Shown in pieces: positions 60,664-64,000 of a stretch of 64,000 nucleotides of DNA. Position 1 is the first letter of the stretch. Every line of letters starts with the position of its first letter. The notes beneath the pieces are model-generated. The model searched no databases and was not told the DNA's origin. It saw nothing but the letters and a program-made list of their open reading frames with translations. The DNA comes from Patescibacteria group bacterium. Lineage in GTDB: Bacteria; Patescibacteriota; Patescibacteriia; 2-12-FULL-60-25. The position numbers were made by a program, and so were the translations under genes. The DNA lies in the NCBI GenBank assembly GCA_029004215.1, contig JAQULH010000001.1, forward strand, positions 11,947 through 75,946, read 5' to 3'.

Positions 60664-61014
60664 ATGACGCAGAGAAAAATTTTGGTCGTGGAAGATGAAT
60701 CAGCCCTCGCGATGACCTATGTAAGGGTCTTCGAGAAGAGGCAGGCGATTGTCCTTGTGGCCTCAGACACGGACACTGCCGCGGGTTTGTTTCTGGCGAA
60801 CCAGGACATCACCGACGTGATCCTTGACGGCGAAGTGCCCGGTTCAATGACGACAACAGAGCTGGCTGCGGAGTTCAGGAAGGCATCGAATTGTCGGCTG
60901 GTGGCGGCAGTGGGAAGCCTGGAGAAGTCGTGCGAACTGGTCAGGCTGTGCGATGCATCTTGCGAGAAACCATTCGATGCAGCCACGCTTTGTGGACTAC
61001 TTGGCCTCTCTTGA
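60664..61014 (+). CDS. stand-alone response-regulator receiver (CheY-like) domain
   Basis: GGAGGAG at 60651-60657. ILVVEDE, VILDG (candidate phospho-acceptor Asp) and EKPF (Lys-Pro). Confidence 0.7.
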   Translation: MTQRKILVVEDESALAMTYVRVFEKRQAIVLVASDTDTAAGLFLANQDITDVILDGEVPGSMTTTELAAEFRKASNCRLVAAVGSLEKSCELVRLCDASCEKPFDAATLCGLLGLS

Positions 61015-61077
61015 TTGAAGATTCAATAGGGGCCTCTTTTTATTCCTTGATTTTAGATATAAGGTTATACTGACAAT

Positions 61078-61692
61078 ATGCAAATAATCAGTCTCGAAGA
61101 CCAAAAAGCGGCCGTGGAACAAGCGGTCCAGGTTTTGCGTCAAGGTGGAGTTATTGTCTTTCCAACCGAAACCTCATATGGTTTGGGTTGTGATCCGCGT
61201 AACTTAGCCGCATTAGGAAAAATCTATCGCATCAAGGAGAGGTCGACCTCAAAAGCCCTGCCTTTAGTTTCGTGTTCGATTGAACAAGTGAGGAGCATAT
61301 TTGATGTTCCTAAAGCCGTCGAAGAATTAGTTGCCAAGTATTGGCCTGGTCCGTTGACCATCCTGCTTGAACCAAAGGATATGAGCCTGCGCCATCAGAT
61401 GCCTGTCTTTAAAGACGGTTTATCAGCCATCCGTGTCTCGTCACATCCTTTTGTCCAGGCCTTGGCTTGCTCCTATAATTTCCCGATAACTGCCACCTCG
61501 GCCAACATGACTGGCATGGCAGATCCTTATTCCATGAACGACCTGCTTAAGGTGTATAAGCCTGTAGACGCCAGCAAACAGCCGGATTTGATTATCGATG
61601 GCGGTGATTTGCCATACAATCCACCTTCAACCATTGTTAAAGTTGAGTCTGGAAAGATTGAAGTCCTTAGGCAGGGGGCAATTGAGTTATGA
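61078..61692 (+). CDS. tsaC: L-threonylcarbamoyladenylate synthase (TsaC/YwlC/Sua5 family)
   Basis: VFPTETSYGLGCD and SANMTG motifs. TATACT (61066-61071) lies 6 nt before the ATG. Confidence 0.85.
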   Translation: MQIISLEDQKAAVEQAVQVLRQGGVIVFPTETSYGLGCDPRNLAALGKIYRIKERSTSKALPLVSCSIEQVRSIFDVPKAVEELVAKYWPGPLTILLEPKDMSLRHQMPVFKDGLSAIRVSSHPFVQALACSYNFPITATSANMTGMADPYSMNDLLKVYKPVDASKQPDLIIDGGDLPYNPPSTIVKVESGKIEVLRQGAIEL

Positions 61693-62510
61693 CGCCTTCA
61701 GAAATAAAAGCCGCCATGGCAAAAGTCGGTGGCACCGCCAACAAGCATCTTGGCCAACATTTTTTGATTGATAATAAGGCTTTGGAAGTTATTGTAGAAT
61801 CTGCGGAAATTAAAAAAAGAGATCGTGTATTAGAGGTTGGCCCGGGTTTGGGGGTTTTGACACGCGAGCTGATCAATCGCGGTGCAGATGTTATCGCGAT
61901 TGAAAAAGACCGACGTTTCACTGATAATCTCAATAAGATTGCTGGCCTAGAACTGCATATAGGAGATGCATCAAAAAATGATTGGGACTCAATAGTTGGC
62001 AGCAAGCCTTGGAAGTTTGTATCCAATCTGCCATATGCCATCACCTCACTGGCTTTGCGTAAAGCTTTATACGCCAAAAACCCGCCAACAGTTATTGTTG
62101 TGCTAGTACAGCGCGAAGTAGCAGAGCGTGTCTTGGCTCGTGATGGAAAGACATCACTTTTATCCTTGATGGTTGGGCTGGCTTCGACAGAAGCGGACAT
62201 TATCCGCCGCGTATTGGCTGGGGCTTTTTATCCACCACCCAAAGTTGAGTCAGCGATATTGAAAATCGTACCAACGTACAACGTACAACGTACAACATCG
62301 TGGGGGATCGAACCGGAAGAAGTGATGAAAATTGCAAAGCAAGGTTTTGCCCACCCGCGCAAGCTGCTGCAACGCAACTTGGGTATAGAAAGTGGTCAAT
62401 GGCAAGAATTATCAAAGCAAATAGGTTTTGACATAAAAACTCGGGCGGAAGACCTTAAAGTTGAGCAATGGGTGGAACTGGCTAAAACGAACAAAGGCTC
62501 CGGAGAGTGA
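61689..62510 (+). CDS. rsmA: 16S rRNA (adenine1518/1519-N6)-dimethyltransferase
   Basis: LGQHFLID, EVGPGLG and NLPY motifs. ATGA overlap with tsaC. Confidence 0.93.
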   Translation: MTPSEIKAAMAKVGGTANKHLGQHFLIDNKALEVIVESAEIKKRDRVLEVGPGLGVLTRELINRGADVIAIEKDRRFTDNLNKIAGLELHIGDASKNDWDSIVGSKPWKFVSNLPYAITSLALRKALYAKNPPTVIVVLVQREVAERVLARDGKTSLLSLMVGLASTEADIIRRVLAGAFYPPPKVESAILKIVPTYNVQRTTSWGIEPEEVMKIAKQGFAHPRKLLQRNLGIESGQWQELSKQIGFDIKTRAEDLKVEQWVELAKTNKGSGE

Positions 62511-62525
62511 ACTCGCGGAGCCTTT
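62493..62525. terminator. 10-bp perfect hairpin between converging genes
   Basis: AAAGGCTCCG (62493-62502) pairs with CGGAGCCTTT (62516-62525). The rsmA stop codon lies in the loop. Confidence 0.55.
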
Positions 62526-62548
62526 GAGTAGGTGGGAACCATCTCGCA

Positions 62549-63052
62549 TTATCGCGGGGCGGCTGAATAGGAAGGGCTAAAGGGCGATTTTCGCGGTTTG
62601 GGTAGGTCGGGCTGTCCGAGCTCAAACGTGAGCTCTACCTCGAAGAGAGGACGCCCGGCTTCTTCTGGCAGGCGGAGCCGCTCGTTGAAGTCGCAGGACT
62701 GGGGCCTCCTGTCTCTCGGCCTCGTCCTCTTTGGTTTCTTGTCAGCCTCAACTGGTCGATGCCAGGTCTTCTTGATGCTCCCATCGGGCAGGGTGATTTC
62801 GGCTGTGACGGACTTCGTTCCACTGGGCCAGAGGGCAAGGCCGGTTTCACCCATGAAGAAGAGGGTGATCCAGTCGCAGGCTTCCTTGGTTTTGCCAAAC
62901 GAGCTGACGATGAAGGTGTAGTCTTTTCCGTCCTTCTTCGTAGTGAAGTAGAACAGAACTTCCTGCAAGCTCACGCCTCTCTGGATCCTCCCTTGGGCTT
63001 CCTGCACGCTCCCGCTGCTCTGGCTCATCCTCCGAACGAATTGAGCTTTCAT
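62549..63052 (-). CDS. hypothetical protein (167 aa)
   Basis: GGAGGAG (63064-63058) lies 5 nt before ATG 63052. Basic, Pro-rich C-terminal half. No family recognised. Confidence 0.6.
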   Translation of the reverse strand: MKAQFVRRMSQSSGSVQEAQGRIQRGVSLQEVLFYFTTKKDGKDYTFIVSSFGKTKEACDWITLFFMGETGLALWPSGTKSVTAEITLPDGSIKKTWHRPVEADKKPKRTRPRDRRPQSCDFNERLRLPEEAGRPLFEVELTFELGQPDLPKPRKSPFSPSYSAAPR

Positions 63053-63064
63053 CTCATCTCCTCC

Positions 63065-63313
63065 TTACGCGGCGCGTTCCATGGCGCGGCGGGACAGGTG
63101 TCTCTCGATCTCGGGCAAGGTCTCGCGTTCGAGCTTGTCGAGTTCGACGAAGATCCTCATGATCTCCTCGTCGTGTTGCGGGTCGGCCAGAGCACTCAGG
63201 CTAGACCACTCCTCGCGCAGGTTTTGAATCTCATCCATGATCGAGTCGCGACGTTCTCGCACCTGGTCTGTGCTAAGCACGTGCAACGGGGCAATTGCGG
63301 GGACTTTGTCCAT
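63065..63313 (-). CDS. small helical hypothetical protein (82 aa)
   Basis: AAGGAG (63325-63320) lies 6 nt before ATG 63313. Charged, coiled-coil-like sequence. The 139-aa version of the ORF track would include the promoter. Confidence 0.55.
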   Translation of the reverse strand: MDKVPAIAPLHVLSTDQVRERRDSIMDEIQNLREEWSSLSALADPQHDEEIMRIFVELDKLERETLPEIERHLSRRAMERAA

Positions 63314-63401
63314 GATAGTCTCCTTGTGACGGCCTCGGGGAGGAGGCCGGATGGGCTGGGCACTGGCGCTAATGCTATGCGCCTTGTCAAAGAATTGACT
63401 A

Positions 63402-63430
63402 ACTTTAGCATAAAAATCAGATTTTGTCAA
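63402..63430 (-). promoter_or_regulatory. sigma70 promoter of the 63313-62549 operon
   Basis: On the minus strand: GGGGGTTGACAAAAT with TTGACA (63430-63425), 17 nt, TAAAGT (63407-63402). Confidence 0.5.
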
Positions 63431-63560
63431 CCCCCTTGGGTTGCCCTCGTGACATGAGCGATGCACTGCGCCCAATGCTGTCAAATTGGTCTATTTAAAG
63501 CCCTCTTTATTAAGGGGTGAGCAGAGGGATTTTAGCCTTGACAGGTCGGACAAAAAGTCC

Positions 63561-63589
63561 TTGACAGGCCTTATGTCTTCGGCTAAACT
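63561..63589 (+). promoter_or_regulatory. candidate rRNA operon promoter
   Basis: TTGACA (63561-63566), 17 nt, TAAACT (63584-63589). A second CCTTGACAGG copy lies 23 nt upstream (63536-63545). Confidence 0.5.
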
Positions 63590-63611
63590 TCTCGCACCTT
63601 ACAAAACCAAC

Positions 63612-63697
63612 CGAAGCTCGAATATCGAAGCTCGAATCTCGGGACACATAATCGAGATTCGAGATTCGAGATTCAGCGAAGCGGAACTTCGAGATTC
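63612..63697. repeat. short direct and inverted repeats in the rRNA leader
   Basis: CGAAGCTCGAAT x2 (63612-63623, 63626-63637). CGAGATT x3 in tandem (63653-63673) plus one more copy (63690-63696). GAATCTCG is the reverse complement of CGAGATTC. Confidence 0.6.
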
Positions 63698-63862
63698 GCT
63701 GATTTGTATGCTGTTTGGACAACAGAAGAGTGATCGTCTAAGGAAATACGTTCTTCAATCCTTTGATCGAGCTATGCTTGATCATGGGTGTAAGTTATAA
63801 AAAAAGACCCTCGCATCTCTACCAGGAGTGCGAGGGGGATGATGATCTGATTATGTCAGGTC

Positions 63863-64000
63863 ATTACTGAGAGTTTGATCCTGGCTCAGGACGAACGTTG
63901 GCGGCGTGTCTAAGGCATGCAAGTCGAGCGGATTTTATAACGTAGCAATACGTTGTGAGATTAGCGGCAAACGGGTGCGTAACACATTGGTAATCTACCC
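63863..64000 (+). rRNA. rrs: 16S ribosomal RNA, 5' end (continues beyond the window)
   Basis: AGAGTTTGATCCTGGCTCAG at 63870-63889, followed by ...GCATGCAAGTCGAGCGG... The exact 5' end is estimated. Confidence 0.95.

Noticed and set aside
63612-63697. Possible CRISPR-like array. The same question applies to the other short tandem repeats at 24084, 32257 and 62266.
   Set aside because: The units are only 7-12 nt with no unique spacers of 25-40 nt and no cas genes. These are simple tandem or inverted repeats.
63486-63800. 104-aa ORF between the cassette and the 16S gene.
   Set aside because: It spans the rRNA promoter and leader repeats. It has no start signal and a repeat-derived translation.
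1-64000. Alternative genetic code (UGA as Gly or Trp, as in some candidate phyla).
   Set aside because: Several well-defined genes end in TGA at the expected length (for example comEC and the 34573 gene). RF2 with an SPF motif is present. No conserved gene is interrupted by in-frame TGA.

Overview
This is a 64-kb chromosomal segment of a small-genome, probably uncultivated bacterium. Gene content and the 16S 5' end look Patescibacteria/CPR-like, but that is inference and was not verified. All coordinates were derived by hand from the printed sequence and no searches were run.

The backbone is housekeeping: comEC, recA, ftsK, rpoB-rpoC, yebC-ruvC, gyrA, clpP, rbfA plus a DHH phosphoesterase, a short smc, VanW, hsp20, nusA-yidC, an O-antigen-ligase-like gene, groES-groEL, prfB, tsaC-rsmA, and the start of a 16S rRNA gene at the right edge. 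UGA is a normal stop and RF2 is present.

Five things stand out.

1. A 13.6-kb gene (35385-48977) encodes a secreted, Cys-rich protein of about 4,530 aa. It is translationally coupled to a small membrane protein with a Ca-binding repeat.
2. Translation signals split cleanly into two classes. Backbone genes have no Shine-Dalgarno (SD) sequence, and many have a -10 hexamer 5-10 nt before the ATG, which looks leaderless. Eleven orphan genes sit in cassettes between backbone operons (plus the one at the left window edge) and all carry strong GGAGG-type SD sites. Where the upstream region is visible, most have their own consensus TTGACA promoter.
3. One cassette (10.8-14.1 kb) starts with a consensus promoter followed by about 1.1 kb of GC-rich, hairpin-dense, non-coding sequence. 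This is a candidate large structured RNA. It lies ahead of a double zinc-ribbon gene and a 388-aa orphan gene.
4. Palindromic repeat units with a GTCAT-YSC-KGAG head are inserted in frame inside two coding genes.
5. Several repeat and regulatory families are present: GTAGAGACG hairpin terminators, an exact 54-bp terminator duplication bracketing a cassette, CIRCE operators at groES and clpP, and a GAAC-N7-GAAC box at recA.

I recognised no transposase, integrase, CRISPR array or tRNA.
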